A DNA stretch of 64,000 nucleotides from an uncultured delta proteobacterium (lineage in GTDB: Bacteria; Desulfobacterota; RBG-13-43-22): contig CAWBOS010000012.1 of assembly GCA_963790475.1 (NCBI GenBank), positions 896,001-960,000 of the forward strand, given 5' to 3'. Positions 1 through 9,738 of this stretch are shown here, one piece after another; position 1 is the stretch's first letter; each line of letters starts with the position of its first letter. A program made the translations under genes and the position numbers. Below the pieces are notes generated by a model. The model was not told the origin of the DNA. It did no database searches and saw nothing but the letters and a program-made list of their open reading frames with translations.

Positions 1-953
1 TAATCGGGGGAAAGATGGTCTTAAACGGGAGCCTGACCATAGGCGCGCTCACGGCCTTTATCCTGTATTTGACTTCCTTTTTTGCCCCCATTCAACAACT
101 GGTGCAACTTTACAACACCTATCAGCAGGGACAGGCGGCCGTTACAAAATTAAGAGAGCTGCTCGATCTGAACCCCAGTGTGCCCGAATCACCCCAGGCC
201 AGGGATTTGCCTCAACTGAAGGGTGAAATTGAACTGGACCGGGTGAGTTTTTCCTATAACACCGGCCAACCGGTTATCGAAGATGTCTCCCTTACGGTTC
301 GCCCCGGAGAGACCATTGCTTTTGTGGGCGAAACCGGTGCCGGAAAATCCACCCTGGCCAAGCTGATCATCCGTTTTTATGATCCTCAATCCGGCCAGGT
401 GCGCATAGACGGCCATGATTTAAAAGAAGCCACCTTCAGGTCCCTGAGGACGCAAATGGGCTATGTATCCCAGGAACCCTTTTTGTTTGCCGGAACGCTC
501 CGGGACAATGTGGGCTTTGCCAAGCCGGAGGCCTCGGATGAAGAAATCCTGGAGGCCTGCAGGGCGGTGGGCATTGAAGACTTGGTCAGGCAAATGCCGG
601 AGGGGATACAGACAGTGATTCATGAAAGAGGAAGCTCGCTTTCTTCCGGAGAGCGGCAGCTCATCGCCCTGGCCAGGGCTTTTCTGGGAAAACCCCGGGT
701 GGTGGTCATGGATGAAGCCACGTCCAATCTGGACTTGGCCTCTGAATCCAGAATCGAACACGCTCTGGATGTCCTTCTCCAGGGTCGAACGGCGGTGATC
801 ATCGCCCATCGCCTGAATACCGCCATGCGGGCCGACCGTATCGCCGTGTTTGACCACGGCCGTCTGGTTGAGCTGGGCCGGCACACGGAACTGATCACTC
901 AGGGCGGTTATTACGCCAAGATGTATGTCAAATGGATAAAGCAATCCCATTGA
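1..953 (+). CDS. ABC exporter ATP-binding/permease (MsbA/MdlB-like), 5'-partial
   Basis: End of TM domain, then Walker A GETGAGKS, signature variant LSSGERQ, Walker B VVVMDEATS, H-loop IAHRL; frame open at the window start. Confidence 0.9.
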   Translation, partial: IGGKMVLNGSLTIGALTAFILYLTSFFAPIQQLVQLYNTYQQGQAAVTKLRELLDLNPSVPESPQARDLPQLKGEIELDRVSFSYNTGQPVIEDVSLTVRPGETIAFVGETGAGKSTLAKLIIRFYDPQSGQVRIDGHDLKEATFRSLRTQMGYVSQEPFLFAGTLRDNVGFAKPEASDEEILEACRAVGIEDLVRQMPEGIQTVIHERGSSLSSGERQLIALARAFLGKPRVVVMDEATSNLDLASESRIEHALDVLLQGRTAVIIAHRLNTAMRADRIAVFDHGRLVELGRHTELITQGGYYAKMYVKWIKQSH

Positions 954-992
954 TCTCAATTATTGATTTTGTTTTTTACAACCTGGGTTGTC

Positions 993-2012
993 TTAGCGCA
1001 TGACCCACTTTTGAGTGGTCTTAAGGGCGAACTGGCATTCAAGGATGGAGGGCATTTCAGCCCTGAGCTTCTGGAAGTCCATCACCGGGTAGTCTTTGAT
1101 CTTGCTCCCTCCGGTCAAATTGAACCGGACAACCAGATCTTCATCAAACCGCCAGAATTGATTCCTGATAACCTCCCGGCATTCCTCGGGGGAAAGATCA
1201 CCGGCCTGAATTTCAACGATCTCCATGTCATAGACCGCTAAGGGCACGAACCGGGTTTCAATGCGATTATCGAGGACCTCGCCTTCGACAAACCCTTTCT
1301 CTTCATTCATTTCGGCAAAGCTGATTCGTTGAGTGGACCCCGGATAGACGAATTTGATTCCCGGCTTCAGGGGATGATCAAGGACCTGGTAACGGTGAAT
1401 ATGTCCGGCAGCGATATATTCGAAATCCGGGGGAACAATCTGTCGGGAAACCGTATCCGGGCGCCCGGTCCGGAAGACAAAGTCAGCCGGACCGACGCAG
1501 GCTTGGTCAAAGGCCTGGTGGGTGACCAGGAGATTGAAATCGGTCCTCAGGTGGTGGTACTCGGTATCCTGTAAGGCCCGCAGAAAGGTCCGTTTGGAGT
1601 CCTTGGGGATAAAAGGGAAACCGGCAATACCGACAGAATAGCCGTTGAGGTTGAAAGACAATGATTTGGGCTGGTCAAAGACAATAATCCCGGATGATCC
1701 ATGAAAGAGGTCGAAAGGGAACTCAGACCGCTCGTGGTTGCCGGGGATTATCAGGATGCGGGTCCCTGACCTGGCCAAGTTCATAACCGGCTGGACCAGT
1801 TCATCAAGGATCTCTCTCGGGATATAATATTTATTAAAGAGGTCCCCGCTGTGGATGAGCAAATCGGCCTCTATGTCTCTGGTGTGGTCCAGCACCGTCA
1901 GAAAATTCCTGAAGATATGATCAGCCCTCTTCCGCCGACCCTGGGGATCGGACTGGTCTATTCGTGTGATTTCAAACCCGAGATGGGTATCAGCCGTGTG
2001 AACGAATTTCAA
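993..2012 (-). CDS. Mre11/SbcD-like metallophosphoesterase (DNA repair exonuclease)
   Basis: Motifs HTADTHLG, SGDLF, PGNHE, AGHIH, YPGS; TTG start. Confidence 0.85.
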   Translation of the reverse strand: MKFVHTADTHLGFEITRIDQSDPQGRRKRADHIFRNFLTVLDHTRDIEADLLIHSGDLFNKYYIPREILDELVQPVMNLARSGTRILIIPGNHERSEFPFDLFHGSSGIIVFDQPKSLSFNLNGYSVGIAGFPFIPKDSKRTFLRALQDTEYHHLRTDFNLLVTHQAFDQACVGPADFVFRTGRPDTVSRQIVPPDFEYIAAGHIHRYQVLDHPLKPGIKFVYPGSTQRISFAEMNEEKGFVEGEVLDNRIETRFVPLAVYDMEIVEIQAGDLSPEECREVIRNQFWRFDEDLVVRFNLTGGSKIKDYPVMDFQKLRAEMPSILECQFALKTTQKWVMR

Positions 2013-2330
2013 CTTTGCACCTTAAACTCTGAAAACCTATCAAAATCGGACGCCAGTTTTCTATCACCCTTATCATAATTATTTTGCAAATAATATCAAT
2101 GAAAACGGGATAAAGTCCGGAATTTCCCGGGGCAAGTTTCCGGGCCTCTTTTTTGGGCTGGGATTGTTTTCCTGTAAATTCTGTTCAAGATTCATTTTGG
2201 ACTTGACTACCAGGGTGATATTTACAATTATATTGTCTGCTTTTTATCAGGGTTCCATTCCGGGCCCGGTAGGGTGGACAAGGGTTAATAAATCTATTAA
2301 TGGTTGAACCGTGGGAAGGAGGAGAGACTT

Positions 2331-3104
2331 ATGAAACTGGGAGATATCAAATGTATTGGAATCGTGGGCGCGGGAGTCATGGGTGGAGGGATCGCCCAAT
2401 CGGCCATTCTGGCCGGTTATAAAGTGATGGTACGCGATCTTACGAATGAGATTTGTGAGAAAGCAAGGGACACCATTATCAGCGGACGATTCGGCATAAA
2501 AGGCGCCGTGGAAAGAGGTAAAACCACGCAGGAGGAAATGGACAAGGCCCTCTCGCTTCTCAATTTCACAACAAAGATCGAGGACCTGAAAGATTGTGAC
2601 CTGATTATTGAGGCCATCGGAGGAGGCGCTGACGGGGCCATTGAGAACAAGGATATGAAACTCAAAGTTTTCAAGGAACTGGATGCGATTCTGAAAAAAG
2701 GGGCCTTCATTGCCAGCAATACCTCACGATTCACGATTGCCGACCTGGCCGCGGTGACCAATCGCAAAGACCGATTTATCGGCATGCACCTTTTCAGCCC
2801 GGCTAATATTATGAAGCTGGTGGAGGTGATATACACCAAAGAAGTGACCGAAGATGTGATCGTGCTCATAGAAGAACTGAGTAAAAGCTGGGGAAAAACG
2901 CCTGTTCGCGTGAAGGATGTCCCCGGGGATACGGGTTTTATAGGCAACCGGGTCATGGGAGCGGCCCGACGGGAAGCCATGAAGATTGTCGAAGAAGGTA
3001 TCGCCACGGCCGAGGATGTCAATACGGCCATGGAATTAGGATTTCGTTGGCCCGCCGGACCCTTGCCCGCCAAAAGACCAGGTGCCAGAAGCGGTTGGCA
3101 ATAA
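2331..3104 (+). CDS. 3-hydroxyacyl-CoA dehydrogenase family protein
   Basis: GAGVMGGGIA Rossmann motif, ASNTS, GMHLFSPA, LVEV, GFIGNR; RBS AGGAGGAG before the ATG at 2331. Confidence 0.88.
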   Translation: MKLGDIKCIGIVGAGVMGGGIAQSAILAGYKVMVRDLTNEICEKARDTIISGRFGIKGAVERGKTTQEEMDKALSLLNFTTKIEDLKDCDLIIEAIGGGADGAIENKDMKLKVFKELDAILKKGAFIASNTSRFTIADLAAVTNRKDRFIGMHLFSPANIMKLVEVIYTKEVTEDVIVLIEELSKSWGKTPVRVKDVPGDTGFIGNRVMGAARREAMKIVEEGIATAEDVNTAMELGFRWPAGPLPAKRPGARSGWQ

Positions 3105-3210
3105 GCAGGTCCAGAGTCACCGAGGCGGCCCAGTACCCTTTAGCAATTTACGGGTTATATCACCTTGATAAATTAAAGAAAAGTTTGTTGGCCACCTTTA
3201 ACCAAGGATC

Positions 3211-3352
3211 GAGGGCTTTGAAAAATGTTCAATTTTGTTCAAGGTCAAGGAAGACGAAAATTTTAACCGCAGGAATACATTTAGTATTTTGAGGATTAAA
3301 ATTTGAGTCTGACGCAGAGCTAGGACAAAAGGGGATGTTTTTCAAAGCTCTC
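3211..3352. mobile_element. MITE-like element, copy 1 (142 bp, terminal inverted repeats)
   Basis: Ends GAGGGCTTTGAAAAA / TTTTTCAAAGCTCTC; homologous copy in reverse orientation at 28498-28640. Confidence 0.75.
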
Positions 3353-3375
3353 AGGAGCGTCAATGAAATAAGATC

Positions 3376-3409
3376 AAACCCCATTTCTCAAAAGAGAGGT
3401 GGGGTTTTT
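3376..3409 (+). terminator. Rho-independent terminator-like hairpin
   Basis: AAACCCCATTTCTC-AAAA-GAGAGGTGGGGTTT followed by T-rich sequence. Confidence 0.6.
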
Positions 3410-3479
3410 ATTTTCATAAATGAGTAGACGGTTTAGGCCGGAAAGTGGGCTAAGCTTAACATCAGACCAAGGGGCTGAA

Positions 3480-5247
3480 ATGGGAAAAAGCGTCGAGTCT
3501 CTCCTCAAAAGGACCTTCAGGCTGAGGAGAAATGAGGGCAGCGACAAGGTCACCAGTCTTGAGGAGGCCATAAGGAAAAGTATCCAGCCCGGGATGAAGC
3601 TGCATATTCGCGAGGGCAGCGGTGCGGCAACCCGCGAAGTTCTGAGGCAGTTCTGGGGGCGGGCTCCGGGATTTACTTTGATTACCAGTATCCTCACTAA
3701 TTACGGGATAGGCCTGATCCACGGCAGGCTGGTGGGAAAAATTATTACATCGCTTTGCACCGAGGGGCATCCGGCCATGAGACCGGTCCGCGTCATTCAG
3801 CGGGCTTACGCGGAGGGGAAAATAGAGATAGAAAACTGGTCCCTTTATTCGTTTGTCCAGAGGTTAATGAGCGGGGCCTTCGGTGTCGGCTTTATGCCGA
3901 CCAAGTCTATAATCGGCAGCAGTATGGCGGAAGAGAATACAGACTCTTTCCGGGTGATCGAAGACCCCTTTGGAAGCGGAAGGAAGCTGGGGATCGTCAA
4001 GGCCCTGAACCCGGACATCTCCTTAGTTCACGGCTGGGCGGCCGATCGCTACGGGAACACCATCACCGGTCCGGCCAGGGGCACCGGAGAAGACGCCTGG
4101 GGGCCGAAAGCAAGCCTGAACGGGGCCGTGGTTACCGTGGAAAGATTAGTGTCGACCGATTTTATCAGACGTCACTCTTATCTGGTCGATATCCCCGGCG
4201 ACCCTGGTAAATTCGGTTTCGGTCTGTCCTCTGGGAGCCCACCCCGGATACCTGGTTAATCCCGGCCTGAAAGGGGTTGAGCCTTACAAGGAAGATTACG
4301 AATTCCAGGATGAACTGGCGGCCAGCGAGGAAGGCCACAGGCTGGATGCCTGGATAAAACATTGGGTGTTGGATTGTCCCTCTCAACAGGATTACTTGAG
4401 AAAACTGGGATCCGGGAGGATTGCCTCTCTGAAGGAACAGGCGATCAAAGGAGACTGGAAGGGTGATTCGGGATTAGTATCAGACGCGCTTTTGTTCGCT
4501 GAGGAGGCCAAACCCAAGGAGAAGATGGTTCTGGCAGCGGCTCACAAGATAAGAGACAAGGCGATACAATATGGATACAAGACCTTTTTGGCCGGCGCGG
4601 GGACCGCGGAGCTTGCTGCCTGGATGGCCTATTATCAACTCAAAGGACAGGGCTACGATACCGATCTGCTGTTGGGCGCCGGTTTCTGGGGCTATGCCCC
4701 CAGGCCGGGTGATCCGAGTGTATTGAACATTTCAACTATGGCCACTTGCAAGATGATGACCGACGTCGTGGACGCTTACGGGGTCTTGGTCGGAAGTGAT
4801 AACAGCAGGTGCCTGGCAGTTATCGGCGGGGGCGAGATCGATAAGCATGGAAACATTAACTCAACCAAAATACCGGGCAGGCTTTACCTGGCCGGGTCAG
4901 GTGGTGGTAATGACGCGGTCAACGCCGCCGAAGTGGTGGTGGTCATGAATCAGACAACGGCCCGATTCGTGGAAAAGGTGCCCTATGTCACCTGCCCCGG
5001 CCATAGAGTAAAAACGCTGGTGTCCGATTTCGGAATTTTTGAGAAGCTGGGTGAGGATAAGGAGTTGACCCTGACCGGCTGCCTCACTATTCCGGAAATG
5101 CCCGCCCTGGATGATAGAATAAGGGCTGTTCAAGAAAAATGCGGCTGGGCTCTCAAGGTGTCGCCTTCGGTTAAGTCCATACCGGCGCCGGACCATGATG
5201 AGCTTGTGGTCCTGAGGGCCCTCGATCCTAAGGGTTATTTCATCTAA
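3480..5247 (+). pseudogene. Fused alpha/beta glutaconate-CoA-transferase-like protein with a frameshift near 4200
   Basis: N-half has KVTSLEEAI, IENWS, ADRYGN; the +1 frame from 4204 continues LVNSVSVCPLGAHPG into the 4366-5247 ORF (EIDKHGNINST, GSGGGND). Confidence 0.75.
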
Positions 5248-5290
5248 AAGTCCGTAAGGGGTTTCACAAAAAGAGATAGGAGGCCAAAAG

Positions 5291-6232
5291 ATGGGCGAAA
5301 AATTAAAAGACAAAGGGGCCATCGTGGTTGGGGGCGGTGGAGGCATCGGCGGGGAGATCGCTTTGGCCTTGGCCGCCGAGGGAGCTAAGGTGATTGTCAA
5401 TGACCCCGGAGGAGGTAGAGATGGAACGGGCACTGATACGTCAGCCGTGGATAAGACGGTGGACAGAATCAGGGAGAAAGGGGGTGTGGCGGTTGCCAAT
5501 TACGCCTCCGCGGTTGATTATAACGCCGCCAGGGATATTGTTAACAGTTGTATCGACCACTTCGGCCGCCTTGATATTCTGGTCAACGCCGCCGGCATTA
5601 ACCGGGAGAAGATGCTTTGGAACATGACCGATCAGGATTGGGATATGGTGCTTAAAGTTCACCTCTATACCAATTTCAATACGATCAGATGGGCGGCGGG
5701 CATCATGAGAGAGCAGAGGCGGGGCAGAATCATACTGATGACTTCCAGCGCCTGGCTGGGCAATATCGGCCAGATAAACTATGCCGCCGCCAAAGGGGCC
5801 ATAGTCAGTTTCATGAGAGCCGCCGCCCGGGAGCTGGGAGGGTATGGGATAACCTGCAATTGCCTGGCACCAGGAGCGGCCACCCGAATGACGATGACCG
5901 AGGAGGTGAAGGCGGGCTTCAAGAGGAGGATGGAAGCCGGGGTTATGTCCAAAGAGGCCTATGAGGCCTTTATGAATATGCCGGGGCCTGAATGGGTCCC
6001 TCCTATTGTGCTGTATCTTTGCACGGATGAGGCCTGGAATGTCAATGGCAAGGTATTTTCCGCCGCGGGCGATAAGATCGGCATCTATTCCGAGCCGACA
6101 GAGACCATACAAATATTCAATGACGGGAAGATATGGACCCTGGACCAATTATTAAAAATTGTTCCCAAGACGCTGCTGGCCGGCTATGTTAACCCCAGGC
6201 CGCCGGAGCCGCCTAAAGAGAAAACAAGATAG
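5291..6232 (+). CDS. SDR family NAD(P)-dependent oxidoreductase
   Basis: GGGGGIG, NAAG, catalytic YAAAK. Confidence 0.9.
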   Translation: MGEKLKDKGAIVVGGGGGIGGEIALALAAEGAKVIVNDPGGGRDGTGTDTSAVDKTVDRIREKGGVAVANYASAVDYNAARDIVNSCIDHFGRLDILVNAAGINREKMLWNMTDQDWDMVLKVHLYTNFNTIRWAAGIMREQRRGRIILMTSSAWLGNIGQINYAAAKGAIVSFMRAAARELGGYGITCNCLAPGAATRMTMTEEVKAGFKRRMEAGVMSKEAYEAFMNMPGPEWVPPIVLYLCTDEAWNVNGKVFSAAGDKIGIYSEPTETIQIFNDGKIWTLDQLLKIVPKTLLAGYVNPRPPEPPKEKTR

Positions 6233-6256
6233 ATAGACTTTCGACCGCTCACAGAT

Positions 6257-7618
6257 TCAGGCCAGCTTATATAGACGAACAGCACCCGCATGGCCGTGGA
6301 TATCTGTCATGCCCATATCTTCGCCGATAAATTCGCCGCCTTCAATGACTTCCCAGGCTGCGTCGGAGACCAATACTTGTGAGTGGTATGTTTTATTGAG
6401 CTGCTCTATCCTCGAGGCGAGATTGACTACATCGCCGATAATGGTGTATTCCTTCCGCTGTGATGATCCTATATGGCCGGTAACCGCCATCCCCGCGTGA
6501 ATGCCTATCCCGACCCTGGTTTCCGGGATCCTTCCTGCCGTTGTTTCTTCTTTGAGCCGGGCAAGAATCCGCATAGCCGCGGCAACCGCGTTGCGACACT
6601 CGCCGCCATCGGAAATGGGCGCGCCGAACACGGCCATAAAACCGTCCCCCAGGAATTTATTGATGATCCCGCCATTTTCATTGATGATGTCGACCATGAA
6701 TTCAAAGAGTGAATTCAAGAAATGGATTACCTCCTCCGGAGCATTTGATTCGGCAAACTGAGTGAAGTTCCTGATGTCCAGGAACATCATGCATACAAAA
6801 CGTGTTTCGCTTCCCAGTTCCCCTTTCTGCCGGATTAATTTATCAACAACGATTGGCGAAACATGCTGCCCAAAAATGTTGATGATCTGGTTCTTTTCAT
6901 CAACGGTCCGAAGTGTTCGTCTGATCCTTTTTCTAATTTCTATAGAAACAATGCCGGTCACGAACCCTACCAACGCGATCAAAAAGCTTTTGGAGGTCAG
7001 CATTCCCGGACTAAAAAAAGTGGAATAGTCAGGGTTATAGGCCGAACGTTGGATGACATAGAGAGAAATCCATAAATATTGGGCCCCGGCGGCGATTCCG
7101 GTAAAAAGAGAAATGGTGAACATCAGGCGCAGGGCGCTCAGCGATATGAAAATAAAATAAAGGAAGAGGATTGGAATCACCAGGGATTGCACGGAACCTA
7201 CAATCTTAAACGAGAAATAGATCATGATGGTCGGGATGCTGATTTCGATAAAAGCATTCCCAAAGCGGGGAATCATGGGGAAAATCTTTTTTCTTTTTAA
7301 AAAAATAGTCAGGCCGAGCGAGTAGATTGATTCGTAAACGGCGAAACCCGCGAACACGATAGTGATCCAGTTGTACATATTTCTATTGTGATAGGCGTTG
7401 AGAACGATGGCCGGAAATTTGTCGCTGAAGAAAAGGCCGATGAGATTAATCCACAGGACCGCGAACAGGGATAATCCGCAAATAAGGAAGGCGCGCTTGC
7501 GGTCACTGATCATTATTTCCCGATCAAACTCGGCCGTAAAACTGGAGACAAAGTCCGGTCTTATTTTTTGCCCCGGCGCCTTTATTTTATTTTCCATGGG
7601 TCCCATCCTTTGTTTCAT
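6257..7618 (-). CDS. Membrane-anchored class III adenylate/guanylate cyclase
   Basis: About 6 hydrophobic helices, then FLDIRNFT, KFLGDG, GIHAG, GDVVNLASRIE. Confidence 0.88.
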   Translation of the reverse strand: MKQRMGPMENKIKAPGQKIRPDFVSSFTAEFDREIMISDRKRAFLICGLSLFAVLWINLIGLFFSDKFPAIVLNAYHNRNMYNWITIVFAGFAVYESIYSLGLTIFLKRKKIFPMIPRFGNAFIEISIPTIMIYFSFKIVGSVQSLVIPILFLYFIFISLSALRLMFTISLFTGIAAGAQYLWISLYVIQRSAYNPDYSTFFSPGMLTSKSFLIALVGFVTGIVSIEIRKRIRRTLRTVDEKNQIINIFGQHVSPIVVDKLIRQKGELGSETRFVCMMFLDIRNFTQFAESNAPEEVIHFLNSLFEFMVDIINENGGIINKFLGDGFMAVFGAPISDGGECRNAVAAAMRILARLKEETTAGRIPETRVGIGIHAGMAVTGHIGSSQRKEYTIIGDVVNLASRIEQLNKTYHSQVLVSDAAWEVIEGGEFIGEDMGMTDIHGHAGAVRLYKLA

Positions 7619-7776
7619 GATCCACTTTTTTCTTGGAATATAGTATTTATTTCCTCATCCATATTACAACTATTTTGGAAATAATATCAAAGGATACGTA
7701 TTAAAGCGCAAAGTTTCTTGGGGCAATCTCCTGGCTTTAAGGAAGGTATCCGTGGTGGAGCGACACGGACTAATAA

Positions 7777-7935
7777 GGATTTCTTGCGAGGATATCACAA
7801 ATTGTGATATCCTCCGAGATTAAATTCTCCAAAAAAGTCTGCGTTTTTATCGAGCAAGGGGTGGCTATGCTTTCCGGTTCCGTCCAGGCCGTCAAGCGTA
7901 ATAGCGAGCGATTTCCTCCCGAGCCGATTGGCTAA
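7777..7935 (+). pseudogene. ORF6N-domain gene remnant(s)
   Basis: Translates RISQIVISSEIKFSKKVCVFIEQGVAMLSG then QAVKRNSERFP, matching RSQIVTSS...FTEHGVAMLS and QAVKRNIKRFP of the intact ORF6N gene at 8841; no start codon. Confidence 0.7.
7788..7814. repeat. Perfect 27-bp palindrome GAGGATATCACAA-A-TTGTGATATCCTC
   Basis: Read directly; lies inside the ORF6N remnant. Confidence 0.95.
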
Positions 7936-8735
7936 ACGGTTTTCCTCTGGCGGCCATGATAAAAATGGGCTGGTTATCAAAGGAGGAAAACCGGATTAAA
8001 AAGTTACGAGCCCTTCTACACTTTTTTGGGGTAGCCGGTGTTAACGAATGGAAGGGGATTTGGGAAAAACCGCAAGCGGCCTACCGCAATTCAAAAGCCT
8101 TTCAAAGTAATCCCGCAGCCGTGAGCGCCTGGTTAAGAATGGGGGAGATTGAAGGGCAGAAGGTTGATTGTCAGCCTTTTCAACAGTGTTTTTTCCTTTC
8201 CGCATTACGAAAAATACGGTCTTTGACTCAAAAGGGTCCCGATGTGTTCGAACCGGCCATGAAGAAACTTTGTGCGGAAAGCGGCGTGGCCGTGGTCTTT
8301 ATCCCCGAACTCCCGGGAACACGCCTTTTTGGAGCCACTCGCTGGCTGAAACCTTCGAAGGCCCTCATCCAGCTCAGTTTGCCCGGCAAAAGCGATGACC
8401 ATCTCTGGTTCACCTTCTTTCATGAAGCCGGGCATATTCTTCTGCACGGAAAAAAAGAAGCCTATATCGAAGCCCAAGAGGGTGGTTACCAAGAAACCAA
8501 AAGGATTTCCAAAGAGAAGGAGGCCGATCTTTTTGCCCAGGAAATACTAATTCCCAAGGAAACCTATAAAAATTTTATAACCGGAAACGACTTCAGCCCG
8601 GATAGGATCTTACGATTTGCAGAACAGATAGGAATTGGTCCGGGGATTATTGTGGGACGACTTCAACACGATAATTTTATTTCCTTTTCACAGGGCAATA
8701 AACTTAAAAAACGGTTTCGATTTTCCGAAAAATAA
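7926..8735 (+). pseudogene. ImmA/IrrE (HExxH) metallopeptidase of the HigA-fused type, N-terminal HTH missing
   Basis: WFTFFHEAGH, EKEADLFA, PGIIVGRLQH; homologous-looking sequence starts abruptly at DWLNGFPLAAMIKMGW. Confidence 0.7.
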
Positions 8736-8816
8736 CCGGGGTTCAATAAGCGAAAGGCTGGTTCATGAAACAAACCGACAAGACTCATTTTTTTAAAAAA
8801 GAGATGGGGATTTTTT
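8736..8816 (+). repeat. Direct repeat R1, copy A, ending in a terminator-like hairpin
   Basis: Shares CGAAAGG-CTGGT-CATGAA-CA-CCGACAAGA and a CATTTTT...AGATGGG hairpin with 9493-9569. Confidence 0.75.
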
Positions 8817-8840
8817 AAACTATCTCTGATTGAGGTTCTT

Positions 8841-9389
8841 ATGAAATCTTTAGTGCCGGTAGAGGTTATTGAGAAAAAGATTTTATCGATTCGTGGTCAT
8901 AAAGTAATGTTGGATTCTGAATTAGCTGAGCTTTATGGAGTACCGACAAAAGCCTTGAAGCAAGCGGTAAAACGAAATATTAAACGTTTCCCGGATGATT
9001 TTATGTTTGCTCTTACATATCAAGAAGTTAGAAACTTGAGGTCACAAATTGTGACCTCAAGTCCATCCTCCTGGGGCGGGTCTCGCTATTCTCCAATGGC
9101 TTTTACCGAGCATGGGGTGGCCATGCTATCAAGTGTGTTGAACAGCGAAAGGGCCATAGAAGTCAATATATTAATCATAAGGGCATTCATAAAATTAAGG
9201 GAAATGATCGTTTCCCAGAAAGACCTGGTCCGACGATTGGATGATCTGGAGAAAAAGTACGATGGACAGTTTAAGATCGTCTTTGATGCTCTTCGATCTT
9301 TAATGGCTCCCCCGATGAAGCCTAAGAGAAAAATAGGCTTTGATCTCAAAGAAAAGCAGGCCCGGTATGGCAGGAGAAAGAATTCTTAG
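8841..9389 (+). CDS. ORF6N-domain (KilA-N-like) DNA-binding protein
   Basis: IRGHKVMLDSELAELYGV, AVKRNIKRFPDDFMF, AFTEHGVAMLSSVLNSERA, C-terminal KRKIGF. Confidence 0.88.
   Translation: MKSLVPVEVIEKKILSIRGHKVMLDSELAELYGVPTKALKQAVKRNIKRFPDDFMFALTYQEVRNLRSQIVTSSPSSWGGSRYSPMAFTEHGVAMLSSVLNSERAIEVNILIIRAFIKLREMIVSQKDLVRRLDDLEKKYDGQFKIVFDALRSLMAPPMKPKRKIGFDLKEKQARYGRRKNS
9034..9062. repeat. Perfect 29-bp in-frame palindrome ACTTGAGGTCACAA-A-TTGTGACCTCAAGT
   Basis: Read directly; encodes (N)LRSQIVTSS. Confidence 0.95.
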
Positions 9390-9492
9390 GATGGTATCCC
9401 AGACCAGATAGACTAAATAGACCAGGAAGGGTTGACTTTATCCGTTTGTTATGGTTTATATTATAAAAAACTAATTTTTGGCTTTAATGAGT

Positions 9493-9569
9493 CCGGCAAC
9501 CTCAACCCGAAAGGGCTGGTCATGAAGCAGTCCGACAAGATCCCATTTTTAAAAGAAGATGGGTTTTTT
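9493..9569 (+). repeat. Direct repeat R1, copy B, ending in a terminator-like hairpin
   Basis: Homologous to 8736-8816; CCCGAAAGGG hairpin; CCCATTTTT-AAAA-GAAGATGGG followed by a T run. Confidence 0.75.
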
Positions 9570-9738
9570 ATTTTTTGGGATGGAACAATAAAAAAGTAAA
9601 ACTTTTGATTTATGTCAAAATCATTCAGATATGGAGTGAAAAGGAATGTGTTTCAGAACGATGTTCCTCCCCCTGTTTGCGATTCGGTGGACCATTGAAT
9701 CACAGGGAGCGATGACCTCAAGGAGAGAAGAGATTTAG

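Noticed and set aside
6257-7618. Cyclase next to the defence island as a Pycsar/CBASS component
   Set aside because: Multi-TM sensor-type class III cyclase with ATP-specifying residues, transcribed away from the island, with no effector gene alongside.
9480-9540. R1 copy B as a SAM-I or c-di-GMP riboswitch (ATGAGTCCGGCAACC, CCCGAAAGGG)
   Set aside because: Lacks the ATC..GAG/GAT P1 and GGTGC elements of SAM-I and the GGCAAAC/GACGCAAAG core of c-di-GMP-I; kept as an unknown element.
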